Part shown: piece after piece, positions 48,999 through 57,527 of the stretch
Position numbering within the stretch: position 1 is the stretch's first letter
How the letters are laid out: the number at the start of each line of letters is the position of its first letter
Virus record (IMG/VR): IMGVR_UViG_3300003690_000003
Location: 106,862-170,861 of that record
DNA length: 64,000 nucleotides
Origin: a virus
Reading direction: 5' to 3' (one strand)
Notes under the pieces: model-generated
What the model was told of the DNA's origin: nothing
The model's input: the letters and a program-made list of their open reading frames with translations, nothing else
The model's database searches: none
Translations under genes and position numbers: made by a program

Positions 48999-50339
48999 CT
49001 ACAAATATTTAGCAGCATATGTTGCTACCTTAGAGCGTTCGCCTTTCATCAAAGTGACATGGCCGGCCAATTCAAAGTTCTTGAACTTTTCCACAGCATG
49101 TGTAAGACCATTCGTCGTCTCATCGACATATGCATTATCTATTTGTTCAATATCACCAGTCAAAATAATCTTCGATCCTTCACCTACTCTAGTTATTATA
49201 GTCTTTAATTCATGAGTTGTCAAGTTCTGAGCTTCATCTATTATAATATAAGCGTTAGCTATTGAACGCCCACGAATATAGGTCAACGCTTCGATTTCTA
49301 TTCTACCACGATCGAGATACATATCTAAAGTAGTTTTATCATTTCCCATCAAAAACTGAAGATTATCTTGGATCGGCATTAGCCACGGTTTCATCTTTTC
49401 TTCTAAAGTCCCCGGTAAAAAGCCCAAATCCTTGCCCAGAGGCTGCACAGGACGCGATACAATCATGCGTGTATAGTGGGGGTCCCCTGTGCCCATGAAA
49501 TCGTCTACAGTCTGTTGTAGGCCGGCTGCTATAGCACAAAGCGTCTTACCAGATCCCGCCTTGCCAATAAGAGTGATAATCTGTACACTACGATCCATCA
49601 AAAGATCCATCGTAAACTGCTGTTCTTTATTTCGTGATTTTACTCCCCATATTCCCTTGTTATATTTGAGCAATCGGCGAAGAGGCTCTGCGTGTGAAAT
49701 AAAGCGTGCTAATGCTGTCTTTTTTTGATTAGCATTGGATACAAGCATTAAAAACTGATTGGGATGGCACGCCAGTTCTTCCGGTTCTAAATATATATCT
49801 TCTCCATCATAAAATCTTTCAATCACACGATCGTCCACTAGATGAGTAGCAAATCCGGTGAAAATGCTTTCACTGTCTTTTACAATTTGATTATTAATAT
49901 AATCTTCTGTTTCTAAACCAATGGAATCGCAAATAACGCGCATATTAATATCGCGCGAAACCATAATGACTTTGCGAGTGGGGTGTTCCTTTTTAACTGA
50001 TAATGCTGTAGCTATGATAAGATGATCTGGTATAGAAGGCTCTAAATCTTTAGGGAATCCGCTTTTTCGTAGAGTTTCAGAGCCCCATGCATATAAAAGC
50101 CCGTGACCTTTCCGAATTCTAACTCCGCTGAACAAAGAACCCTTTGTGCGAAGTTCATCTAAAATACGAATTGTTTTACGCGACTGCGTACCAACGCTAT
50201 CTTGGCGTTTCTTGTGTTTATCAATCTCTTCCAAAACCTTGAAAGGGATTATTAAATCGTTATTCCCGTAATTATAGATACAAGCAGCATTTGTTAAAAG
50301 AGCGCTGGTATCTAGGACGTAGAACTTTTTTCTACTCAT
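48999..50339 (-). CDS. phoH: PIN-PhoH (PhoH2-type) ATPase
   Basis: N-terminal PIN domain (VLDTSAL, LEEIDKHK, SRDINMR); GKAGSGKT, LGFLPG, YIRGRS, IIDEAQN, GDIEQID. Confidence 0.92.
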   Translation of the reverse strand: MSRKKFYVLDTSALLTNAACIYNYGNNDLIIPFKVLEEIDKHKKRQDSVGTQSRKTIRILDELRTKGSLFSGVRIRKGHGLLYAWGSETLRKSGFPKDLEPSIPDHLIIATALSVKKEHPTRKVIMVSRDINMRVICDSIGLETEDYINNQIVKDSESIFTGFATHLVDDRVIERFYDGEDIYLEPEELACHPNQFLMLVSNANQKKTALARFISHAEPLRRLLKYNKGIWGVKSRNKEQQFTMDLLMDRSVQIITLIGKAGSGKTLCAIAAGLQQTVDDFMGTGDPHYTRMIVSRPVQPLGKDLGFLPGTLEEKMKPWLMPIQDNLQFLMGNDKTTLDMYLDRGRIEIEALTYIRGRSIANAYIIIDEAQNLTTHELKTIITRVGEGSKIILTGDIEQIDNAYVDETTNGLTHAVEKFKNFELAGHVTLMKGERSKVATYAAKYL

Positions 50340-50385
50340 CTAATGTTAATTAGACAGCATATGCAACTTCTTGTTGTTTTTATTG

Positions 50386-50616
50386 TTAATGGTATCTGTA
50401 TTTTACCAATATGGCTACCGGTACCCAAAAAAGTGTTACGACTACCATAATCACTTGAACGCCAAAAATGGCGTCTAAATATCCGGTCATTCTTAATGAA
50501 TTAACTATATTGGCGATAAAAACACTATTAAGTATAATAATACAAAAAGTCACACCAAGAGTCAACAACACATAAACTAAGTCTATTAAAGCTGTTTTTA
50601 ATCTTTTTAAGTTCAT
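50386..50616 (-). CDS. small membrane protein with two TM helices
   Basis: Two hydrophobic segments in 76 aa. Confidence 0.55.
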   Translation of the reverse strand: MNLKRLKTALIDLVYVLLTLGVTFCIIILNSVFIANIVNSLRMTGYLDAIFGVQVIMVVVTLFWVPVAILVKYRYH

Positions 50617-50942
50617 ACTGCTGCTGCGTGGAATACTGTCTCGTCTGGTCGATAGAGAAGTTCATTTACAACAAATCCGCTCTTTTCGCCTTTGCAGTGT
50701 TTAGGAAACCATCTATTGGTATCCATAATATCTATAAATGTATTTAAAGTATAGTAAATCTCGCCATGCACAGTTTCTAGACGCCATCGATGGGCCCGAT
50801 CGCTTTGTCCTTTAACATCGCTTTCAAAAGATTTTATATCATCCATTCGCATATAAATATGATAGTTTTTATCCTCTCGTACATGTGTAAAGTTTACAAA
50901 ATATGCACCCACTTCGGCGACATTTTCAACATTAATTTTCAT
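50613..50942 (-). CDS. hypothetical protein
   Basis: 109 aa, overlaps neighbours. Confidence 0.6.
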   Translation of the reverse strand: MKINVENVAEVGAYFVNFTHVREDKNYHIYMRMDDIKSFESDVKGQSDRAHRWRLETVHGEIYYTLNTFIDIMDTNRWFPKHCKGEKSGFVVNELLYRPDETVFHAAAV

Positions 50943-51432
50943 TATTTTTTCCTCTCAAAAGAATTCTTTTATCTGGCTTAGGTATATCCAAATCAGTAGT
51001 ATCTAAATCGGCAATGAGATTGGAATCATTAACAAGGTCAGAACTACTTTGTATTTTTTCGCCTCCAAGGGCCCACGCTAACTTAATACCAAGTTTTCCA
51101 CAAAGGGCCATTTCAGGAGTATTTTTATTGGTCCTGTCGCCCCCATTGCCAAAAATATCCGGCCTTACCCTGTAAAGAGCCTCACAAACAGTTCCATCTT
51201 TATCATCAACCAGAACTACTCTTGTAACCCCTTGAATCGCTCCTAGTATTTCTGCTCTTTCCTCCCAAGGCATAAATATATATCCTTTTTTCTTCATTAG
51301 CCAATCATCGCTGTTAGCTGCAATAATGACATTTCCCAGTTCTGCTGCAGCCAATATCATGCGCACGTGGCCGATATGAATAGGATCAAAACCACCTGAA
51401 AGCATTATCACTGGAGTTAAGGGTTCGTCCAT
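50932..51432 (-). CDS. cytidylyltransferase-like protein (HIGH family, TagD/RfaE II-like)
   Basis: SGGFDPIHIGH, NSDDWLMKKKG, NGGDR, KIQSSS. Confidence 0.85.
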   Translation of the reverse strand: MDEPLTPVIMLSGGFDPIHIGHVRMILAAAELGNVIIAANSDDWLMKKKGYIFMPWEERAEILGAIQGVTRVVLVDDKDGTVCEALYRVRPDIFGNGGDRTNKNTPEMALCGKLGIKLAWALGGEKIQSSSDLVNDSNLIADLDTTDLDIPKPDKRILLRGKNNEN

Positions 51433-51441
51433 CTTTACTTT

Positions 51442-51834
51442 CTACCAATAAACTGTATAAGACTCTGAATTATTATCAAAATCAATAATAATATATTCAA
51501 TATCTACCGGCTCGCCGCATGTCGGATTATAATATGTGCGTTCCATAAAAAAATATCCATTGGTATGATTATTATGCACGAAATCTTTGGTGTTTTGAAC
51601 ATCGATTAAAGAAGTAATATGAATGAGCAAATAATATAAATCTTCATATCCATCTCCATCATCTGCTATAGCCCAAAATCTCCAATCATCAGCGGATCTT
51701 TCCTCATTATCAATACACTCCCACCCCGCATCTACAATGTGGGGGATATCATCATAATATGGCTCATAGTCTAGGACAAAGATGCAGCCATTCATTACAA
51801 AGCCCAATAAAGCGGTAATCATAAATCGATGCAT
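51442..51834 (-). CDS. putative lipoprotein
   Basis: Signal-like N-terminus ending in MNGC; acidic beta-rich body. Confidence 0.5.
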   Translation of the reverse strand: MHRFMITALLGFVMNGCIFVLDYEPYYDDIPHIVDAGWECIDNEERSADDWRFWAIADDGDGYEDLYYLLIHITSLIDVQNTKDFVHNNHTNGYFFMERTYYNPTCGEPVDIEYIIIDFDNNSESYTVYW

Positions 51835-52097
51835 TATTCTATTTCCTCGCGATTTATATATATCACGTTATCTTCTTTCCTGATGTCTAATCTTTTTTCT
51901 ATATCTTCAAGCTCTTCTAGTTCCCATGGCATCGGAACAATTTCGTTATGAGCCAACGCGACTTCGTGATAGTTTAAACGAGTTTCTAAGTACTGCATAC
52001 GATTATAAAATACAGTTGTATGTCTCTTTAACACTATAATGTTAAGAAAAGTCAAAAATCCTAGCGCTAATATTAGGGAGAAGTTAAGCTCTATCAT
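51834..52097 (-). CDS. hypothetical membrane-anchored protein
   Basis: N-terminal TM helix, 87 aa. Confidence 0.6.
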   Translation of the reverse strand: MIELNFSLILALGFLTFLNIIVLKRHTTVFYNRMQYLETRLNYHEVALAHNEIVPMPWELEELEDIEKRLDIRKEDNVIYINREEIE

Positions 52098-52105
52098 CTT
52101 TATCT

Positions 52106-52134
52106 ATGATACATGAATATTTTTTGTTTGTCAA
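52106..52134 (-). promoter_or_regulatory. sigma70-type promoter TTGACA-N17-TATCAT
   Basis: Perfect -35 and 17-nt spacer; 8 nt upstream of the ATG at 52097. Confidence 0.7.
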
Positions 52135-52143
52135 TGGTATTTT

Positions 52144-52380
52144 TTAGTTTTTGTCAGGTTCTTTTTCTTCTTTGTACGTAGAATAAATAACAATTGTTCT
52201 GAGCCCCTCAAAGGTGGCCGGAGTTACTTTCCTAGCGACACTAGCCTTTTCTTTTGTGCTAGCATCTACCAGCAACGCCGCCCCGAGCGCGCTGTTTTTG
52301 ATTTTATACTTATAAAGCGGGCTTATTTCAACAGTTGCTTTTAAGATGATTGTTTTTCTTTCATTCTCGGTCATTCTCAA
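52144..52380 (-). CDS. hypothetical protein
   Basis: 78-aa ORF downstream of a sigma70-like promoter; start uncertain. Confidence 0.5.
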   Translation of the reverse strand: MRMTENERKTIILKATVEISPLYKYKIKNSALGAALLVDASTKEKASVARKVTPATFEGLRTIVIYSTYKEEKEPDKN

Positions 52381-52446
52381 AATGCTCTCACTGTTAACAT
52401 TGTCTTTTTCATGTTAGTTCTCCTTTCTCCTAACAGACATAATACC

Positions 52447-52475
52447 ATTATGAGTCATATAGTTTAAGAAGTCAA
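52447..52475 (-). promoter_or_regulatory. sigma70-type promoter TTGACT-N17-CATAAT
   Basis: Near-consensus boxes with 17-nt spacer, directly after the terminator T-tract. Confidence 0.7.
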
Positions 52476-52476
52476 T

Positions 52477-52501
52477 AAAAAAACCCCCTCCGAAGAGGGG
52501 G
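52477..52501 (-). terminator. rho-independent terminator
   Basis: CCCCCTC-TTCG-GAGGGGG stem with cUUCGg tetraloop followed by T7. Confidence 0.9.
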
Positions 52502-52535
52502 CTTAATATTAAGGCCTTTAGAATACTCTTAAGGT

Positions 52536-53093
52536 TTAAGAGAACGCTGAAGCCATCGCTGTCGCGCCGGTGCCCCGATTGCAGATCTTAAGCTCCGCGG
52601 CCCAGCCGTTCAAAGCTCCGGTCAAGTTCACGAGTTTTAGCGTTGTACCGGCACCACCATCGCCGTTAGTGTCTCCTTCGAGCGTAATGACGTTATCAGC
52701 AGCGACTGATACATCCACCGCAGATGTGATCTGACCACCGATACGAACGATAATAGAACCAAGCGCGTACGCGGTGTCTGTAGTCGTTGTGAAGGTGTGT
52801 TGAACACCATCATTTAGATTTGTCGTCCACAAGACTGTAATCCAGTCACCGATCGCTCCAGCCGCGGCTGACGGTATTGTCATTGCGAGCCCGGTAGCTG
52901 TTTCGCCTGAATAATGCGTGTTAACCGATAACGCCGTTGCAGTGATCGCGGTCCGTGCTGCACCAGCTGTCGCTGCAGCTCGAAGTGTTCTAGAATCACG
53001 GAGGCCTTCAGTAGACTCCGTCACGATATTAGCACCTTGGATTTTAAAGTCGCCTTTAATCTTTCTCAGTAAATTTACTGCTCTCTTACTCAT
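52536..53093 (-). CDS. Ala/Thr/Gly-rich beta protein, possible capsid decoration or fibre protein
   Basis: 185 aa; strong AGGAGG RBS, own terminator, doubled late-box motif upstream. Confidence 0.5.
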   Translation of the reverse strand: MSKRAVNLLRKIKGDFKIQGANIVTESTEGLRDSRTLRAAATAGAARTAITATALSVNTHYSGETATGLAMTIPSAAAGAIGDWITVLWTTNLNDGVQHTFTTTTDTAYALGSIIVRIGGQITSAVDVSVAADNVITLEGDTNGDGGAGTTLKLVNLTGALNGWAAELKICNRGTGATAMASAFS

Positions 53094-53206
53094 TTTAATT
53101 TCCCTCCTATAGGATTATATAAGTACGTACGTTGAGGGTATCCCCTCACCTATACATAGTCTTACATAGTCTTAGTGGTCTGATCAGCAGTTAATATTGG
53201 CGAATA

Positions 53207-53308
53207 TTAAGACGGGATGGAGGTGGCCACCCACCACCAAGCTATTGTAGCAATCAATAACGATATTGATAATAAGCCAAAGTCTTGTTTTTTCCACCAC
53301 TTACACAT
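53207..53308 (-). CDS. small Trp-rich membrane peptide (33 aa)
   Basis: Own translation MCKWWKKQDFGLLSISLLIATIAWWWVATSIPS; fills the gap between genes. Confidence 0.4.
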   Translation of the reverse strand: MCKWWKKQDFGLLSISLLIATIAWWWVATSIPS

Positions 53309-53314
53309 ACATTT

Positions 53315-53599
53315 TTACTTTTTTCTACGCTTTTTTTGAAGTTTTTTCTTTCTTCTTTTTTTAAACTCTCGGTGTTCTAATATAAGACGAGTTTCTTCAA
53401 TGGCTGGATCAAGGCGCGTTTTCACTGCAAAACACTTATCACTCTGTGGCCAAACACCCGGCATAAAACGTACCTTCACTTGCAGTTCTGGATCCGCTAG
53501 AAGCTCGCTGCGCTTTTGGGCGGCCTCAGCAAACGATGAGTACCTTCTAACAATTGTCCAAGGGGGCCCTTCTTTGCCCTCTTGTATTCTTTCACTCAT
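53315..53599 (-). CDS. hypothetical protein with Lys/Arg-rich C-terminus
   Basis: 94 aa, AGGAG RBS, ends KKRRKKKLQKKRRKK. Confidence 0.65.
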   Translation of the reverse strand: MSERIQEGKEGPPWTIVRRYSSFAEAAQKRSELLADPELQVKVRFMPGVWPQSDKCFAVKTRLDPAIEETRLILEHREFKKRRKKKLQKKRRKK

Positions 53600-53697
53600 T
53601 AATGTCTCCTGTTACTTCCTCTGTCAGTAAACATACCAACAGCCACTATTATAACCATTAATATGCTGACAGTTAAGAGTATATCTCCAAGTTCCAC
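53599..53697 (-). CDS. small membrane peptide (32 aa)
   Basis: GTG start after GGAGG; MELGDILLTVSILMVIIVAVGMFTDRGSNRRH; TAATG coupling to the next gene. Confidence 0.5.
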   Translation of the reverse strand: MELGDILLTVSILMVIIVAVGMFTDRGSNRRH

Positions 53698-53699
53698 TA

Positions 53700-54206
53700 T
53701 TATTCTTCCTCCAAAGTCTTATAGTAAACCATTCCGAGAACTGGCTCATAATATTCTCCCTCTTCGATTATCAGTGATATCATTTTATGTGTTTTCGTTA
53801 CAGGACGCCAAATAATTTGAAGCAATTTATCCGGGGCGCGCCACATCCAATCGAATTGGTTGCCTTTTTTCTTATCTTCTGTGATGTGCAAACATTCAAA
53901 TTTATCTCTGGTAAGATACGATATTAGATTATCATATATTTCTACTTCACTTTGCAAAAGAAGTTTTTCACCACAGAAATAAAGATCTGTAGTCCCTTCG
54001 AGTTGTAATAAAAGGTAACCAGAAACTAAATCTGTTTTTACTTCTTCGGAACATCTCCACATGATGCTTCCATCATTCGGATCAGCCCAAACGCATTCCA
54101 TCTGAAAATATTCTTCACCATAATCGGGTCCTGGTTCCCCTTGTATGCAAGAACACAAAATAACACATAACGTTATTAAAAATAGGTATTTATAACCAAT
54201 CCCCAT
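53700..54206 (-). CDS. putative lipoprotein
   Basis: Hydrophobic N-terminus with LCSC lipobox-like site. Confidence 0.5.
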   Translation of the reverse strand: MGIGYKYLFLITLCVILCSCIQGEPGPDYGEEYFQMECVWADPNDGSIMWRCSEEVKTDLVSGYLLLQLEGTTDLYFCGEKLLLQSEVEIYDNLISYLTRDKFECLHITEDKKKGNQFDWMWRAPDKLLQIIWRPVTKTHKMISLIIEEGEYYEPVLGMVYYKTLEEE

Positions 54207-54242
54207 CTATAATAAATAGAGAACAAGGTTATAAACCAGAAT

Positions 54243-54869
54243 CTATGATATCGATTTTTGTGTTGCTCTGGCAAACACAAACAGAAAGATGCCGATTAAG
54301 GCGAGACCAATCCAGCCTAGGTAAAGGCCCGCCCCAATAAATCCTGAAGCTGATATTATAGTGACACGCAAGGAAATCTTTGTGGCTTTTTCGGGCCCAT
54401 ATTTCATTGAAAGTATAGCCCGTAATACTCTTCCGCCATCCATTGGATACGCTGGGAACAGGTTAAAAATGCCCATTACAGCATTAATCAGGGCCAAGTC
54501 GGCTGCTCCTGGAAGCTGTAAAGCTATCAACGGTAATGAAGCTAGAAATAATACCAAATTTACAGCTGGTCCGGCTAATGCAATATAAATCTCTTCCTTG
54601 GGATTATCAGGTTCTCTTTCAATAGCTGCTAGACCGCCCAGAAGATGCAATGTAATGCTGTGAGTTCCAATCCCAAAATGCTTTGCTGTAATAGCGTGTC
54701 CCATTTCGTGCAGTAAAACAGAACCAAATAGCAATATGATTAAGATGGTTGCCAAAAGAGCACCGATTAGGCCACCCGCATAGCTTCCCATTAAAACATA
54801 CGCGATAGCAACGATAAAAAAACTACCATGTAGTCGAATCGGTACACCATCAAATGTAAATAAAGTCAT
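54243..54869 (-). CDS. site-2 protease (peptidase M50)
   Basis: LLHEMGH, LLGG, IALAGPAVN, FNLFPAYPMDGGRVL; multiple TM helices. Confidence 0.92.
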   Translation of the reverse strand: MTLFTFDGVPIRLHGSFFIVAIAYVLMGSYAGGLIGALLATILIILLFGSVLLHEMGHAITAKHFGIGTHSITLHLLGGLAAIEREPDNPKEEIYIALAGPAVNLVLFLASLPLIALQLPGAADLALINAVMGIFNLFPAYPMDGGRVLRAILSMKYGPEKATKISLRVTIISASGFIGAGLYLGWIGLALIGIFLFVFARATQKSIS

Positions 54870-55414
54870 TAAAGTCCTTTATCACCCCATCCACCATAGA
54901 TCCATTTTTCATTCATAAGATGACCAATTTCCTCCGTATGCATCCAACCAAGAGCATGACCAAGTTCATGTTCTAGAACACGCGCTCTAACTTTATTTTT
55001 AAGATATATCTTTGCCCAAGAAACTTCACCAGTATCATTGTCCACATAAAAATGAGTAGTAGCCATATTACTCCCGGGTTTAAACGTTTCTTGCGTCACC
55101 AAGTTAATGGTAATATATCCCACAGGGTCTGAGTCTTGACATACCGACAGGGCCCGTTTTCCCCCCAAATAAACACTATGGTAGAACATGTAGCCACGTT
55201 CATTCCACCATTTTATAGCTTTATTAACATCTTTTTTCCCCACCGGCGCATAATCACAAACAACTACCGTTGGTATTCTTTTCCAGTGCCCAGCTTGGAT
55301 TAACAACTTTTTAGATATTTTAAATGTTTCGAGTCCTTTTGTAACAGGGATAGTCGCATATATATTACCAGGTATTATTAATAGCAATAGTAATATTAAA
55401 AGCAACTTTCTCAT
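54869..55414 (-). CDS. secreted matrixin-like (M10) zinc metalloprotease
   Basis: Signal peptide; HELGHALGWMH plus Met-turn HLMN. Confidence 0.8.
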   Translation of the reverse strand: MRKLLLILLLLLIIPGNIYATIPVTKGLETFKISKKLLIQAGHWKRIPTVVVCDYAPVGKKDVNKAIKWWNERGYMFYHSVYLGGKRALSVCQDSDPVGYITINLVTQETFKPGSNMATTHFYVDNDTGEVSWAKIYLKNKVRARVLEHELGHALGWMHTEEIGHLMNEKWIYGGWGDKGL

Positions 55415-55986
55415 TTTCTCAAGCCTTTATTACCCCATGATGGACGATAGTTACTCATCATGTGGCCTTTCCCGCCACCGTGATACCAGCCCAGAGCATG
55501 CCCAAGTTCATGTGCAAGAATGTGTGAATATATTTTGCTATTTTGTTCGTCTTCCGATAGAACCTTGAAGCGCAAATGAATATTGGACCACAATATACTA
55601 TCTTTTTCCTTATTTCGTTTAGTCGTGGCAGCTGCAGGCGATTGAGGGTGTGCCATTTGAGAATAGTCCGTTGTGGGTTTAAACATGATAAAACCTGCAG
55701 GAGTCTCGGAGTAGCATGCCTCTAAAGAGGTTTTATTCTTCGAGTCATAGATGGCATTCAGAACATAACCTAGACTCTTCCACCACTCGACAGCTTTCCG
55801 AGTGTCCTTGACAGTAATATTTGCTCCTTCACACACTATCACCGTAGGAATTATTCTCCATTCCCCTTTTTGCAGGGGCGGATCATATTCTTGAGGGGAG
55901 GGCATTATTTGATATGGTTCGGCGCCGCTGGCCGGATCCGGGGATCCAAAAGCCATAAATAACAGTACAATAAGAAGTTTTTTCAT
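55411..55986 (-). CDS. secreted matrixin-like (M10) zinc metalloprotease, paralog of the neighbour
   Basis: Signal peptide; HELGHALGWYH, HMMS; shares WxxIPTVxVC, KAxxWW and WGxKGL with 54869..55414. Confidence 0.8.
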   Translation of the reverse strand: MKKLLIVLLFMAFGSPDPASGAEPYQIMPSPQEYDPPLQKGEWRIIPTVIVCEGANITVKDTRKAVEWWKSLGYVLNAIYDSKNKTSLEACYSETPAGFIMFKPTTDYSQMAHPQSPAAATTKRNKEKDSILWSNIHLRFKVLSEDEQNSKIYSHILAHELGHALGWYHGGGKGHMMSNYRPSWGNKGLRK

Positions 55987-56011
55987 GATAATTCAATAAG
56001 AAGTTGGTAGT

Positions 56012-56330
56012 TGGTGGAGGTGGTGGGAATCGAACCCACGTCCAAAGCATGCATCCTTCAAGTCGTTCACAAGCATAGTTATATTTTAATCTAAATACAC
56101 AAAATAGTCAAGCTTTTAATGCGCAAAACTTTGACAAAAGCGCTTACATTGTCAATGCTCTTCTTGGACACTTGGTGAAGAGCAACCAAGGGTTAAGCAG
56201 CTAGGGCTAAACCGTAATCTGCATCATTGGCAGTTATATTTTTTCTGAAAAGTTTTATGTGATTACCAGAAGTTACACAGCTTGCACTAATATACGGATT
56301 TTTTACTCTGTCGATACCTTAAACACCCCC
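56012..56330 (-). ncRNA. ssrA: tmRNA; tag ORF at 56231-56193 encodes ANDADYGLALAA*
   Basis: 5' GGGGGUG pairs with 3' CACCUCC-ACCA including the G3-U alanine wobble; T-arm GTGGGTTCGATTCCCAC; ATAACT-GCC resume context; pseudoknot stems visible. Confidence 0.95.
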
Positions 56331-56352
56331 TTAATACCTACTATAATATATA

Positions 56353-56712
56353 TTACTCTTCTTCGGAAAAGAAATTGATTACTTCATACTTCTTAATTGC
56401 CTTCTTAAAATTCCTCTCTGATATTCCTAATATTCTGGTAGCATCTTTCCTAGTTTTAGTCACTCCCATTGCTGCCTTGATAGCTGCATCTTTAATGAGA
56501 TCTGGTAACGACTTCCATAATAATATACCATGGATTTTGCCTCGTGTCAATCTGGCCGCAAGTTCTAAGCGCAAAGCAATAATATCTTCCAGAGTTAAAG
56601 CGCCAAGCATGGCTTCAAACTCTTCAGATGATCTGCCTTCTTTTCTTAACTTGCGAGAAACACTAAAATATCGATTGCGACCTATTTTTTCGTGTCGTTT
56701 GAGAGTAACCAT
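56353..56712 (-). CDS. protein with C-terminal Fis-like helix-turn-helix
   Basis: AIKAAMGVTKTRKDATRILGISERNFKKAIKKY fits the HTH_8 pattern. Confidence 0.6.
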   Translation of the reverse strand: MVTLKRHEKIGRNRYFSVSRKLRKEGRSSEEFEAMLGALTLEDIIALRLELAARLTRGKIHGILLWKSLPDLIKDAAIKAAMGVTKTRKDATRILGISERNFKKAIKKYEVINFFSEEE

Positions 56713-57527
56713 TCAACGATTTCGTCCATATCTAAGTTTACTTTTTCTTGGAGTGCCGGAGGTCCCGGCGCAAGTTCAGCGGTGGCACCTTCGAGGCCGG
56801 GAGCCACCTCAGCGCCGGGCGGCATTTGTATATCCGGAGGGGGAAGGTCGGTCTGTAGTTCATCTTCGAAGCGCTCAAAATATAGCTTAAGATTAGTCAT
56901 AATATAATCTTTGAACATTTCTCGATCTGATGGATCATCTAGATCATCAAAAGCCGTTATGAGATTCTTTTCGATGTCTTTGTAGTCGGTATAGGCTCTA
57001 TTTCTACCTGTCTTGTCTTGCCCAACAATCGAGAATTCTTCTACCTCTTCTTCCGGAGTTGGTTCCTTTTTTTCTACATCAATAAAAGCCGGATTCTCTT
57101 CCGGGGTGCCCACATCAATCTCAACCACTTCCTGAATATCAACCACTTCTTCTTCTTCTCGTGGCAAAAATCGCGAGTCTTCCACTTCTAGGGAGGAATC
57201 AACAGCATTTAAAATATGATTTTTGTAGGATTCTCGCTGTTCTTTTTTGGAGGTGAGAGATTTATAGCCTTGTCGTAGAACCGTCAACATGTTAGTATTT
57301 TTAAAAAGATCTTCAAGAGCATTAATACCAGTATTGGCATGCACCGCGCTCGTAGTAACGGCGGGGTCTGCTTCTACAATAAGTTGTCGAATAACGCTTC
57401 TTAGCTGCTTTTCTTCTTGCAACTGCTCCTGTGCTTTTCCAACACGTCGCATTTTAACTACTTTAATGGCTTCACGTATATGTTGCCGCAACTGCATTTC
57501 TTGTACAAATTGTTTTCTATCGATCAT
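56682..57527 (-). CDS. acidic hypothetical protein, possibly head-associated
   Basis: 281 aa; repeated EEKQLRxxIRxxIxE helices at the N-terminus. Confidence 0.6.
   Translation of the reverse strand: MIDRKQFVQEMQLRQHIREAIKVVKMRRVGKAQEQLQEEKQLRSVIRQLIVEADPAVTTSAVHANTGINALEDLFKNTNMLTVLRQGYKSLTSKKEQRESYKNHILNAVDSSLEVEDSRFLPREEEEVVDIQEVVEIDVGTPEENPAFIDVEKKEPTPEEEVEEFSIVGQDKTGRNRAYTDYKDIEKNLITAFDDLDDPSDREMFKDYIMTNLKLYFERFEDELQTDLPPPDIQMPPGAEVAPGLEGATAELAPGPPALQEKVNLDMDEIVEWLLSNDTKK

Noticed and set aside
52377-52412. 11-codon ORF MKKTMLTVRAF with strong RBS, possibly frameshifting into 52144..52380
   Set aside because: No canonical slippery heptamer or stimulatory structure; cannot be distinguished from chance or a sequencing indel.
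56012-56045. tRNA-like T-arm and CCA end
   Set aside because: No anticodon arm; it pairs with the 5' end at 56330 and encloses a tag ORF, so it is tmRNA.
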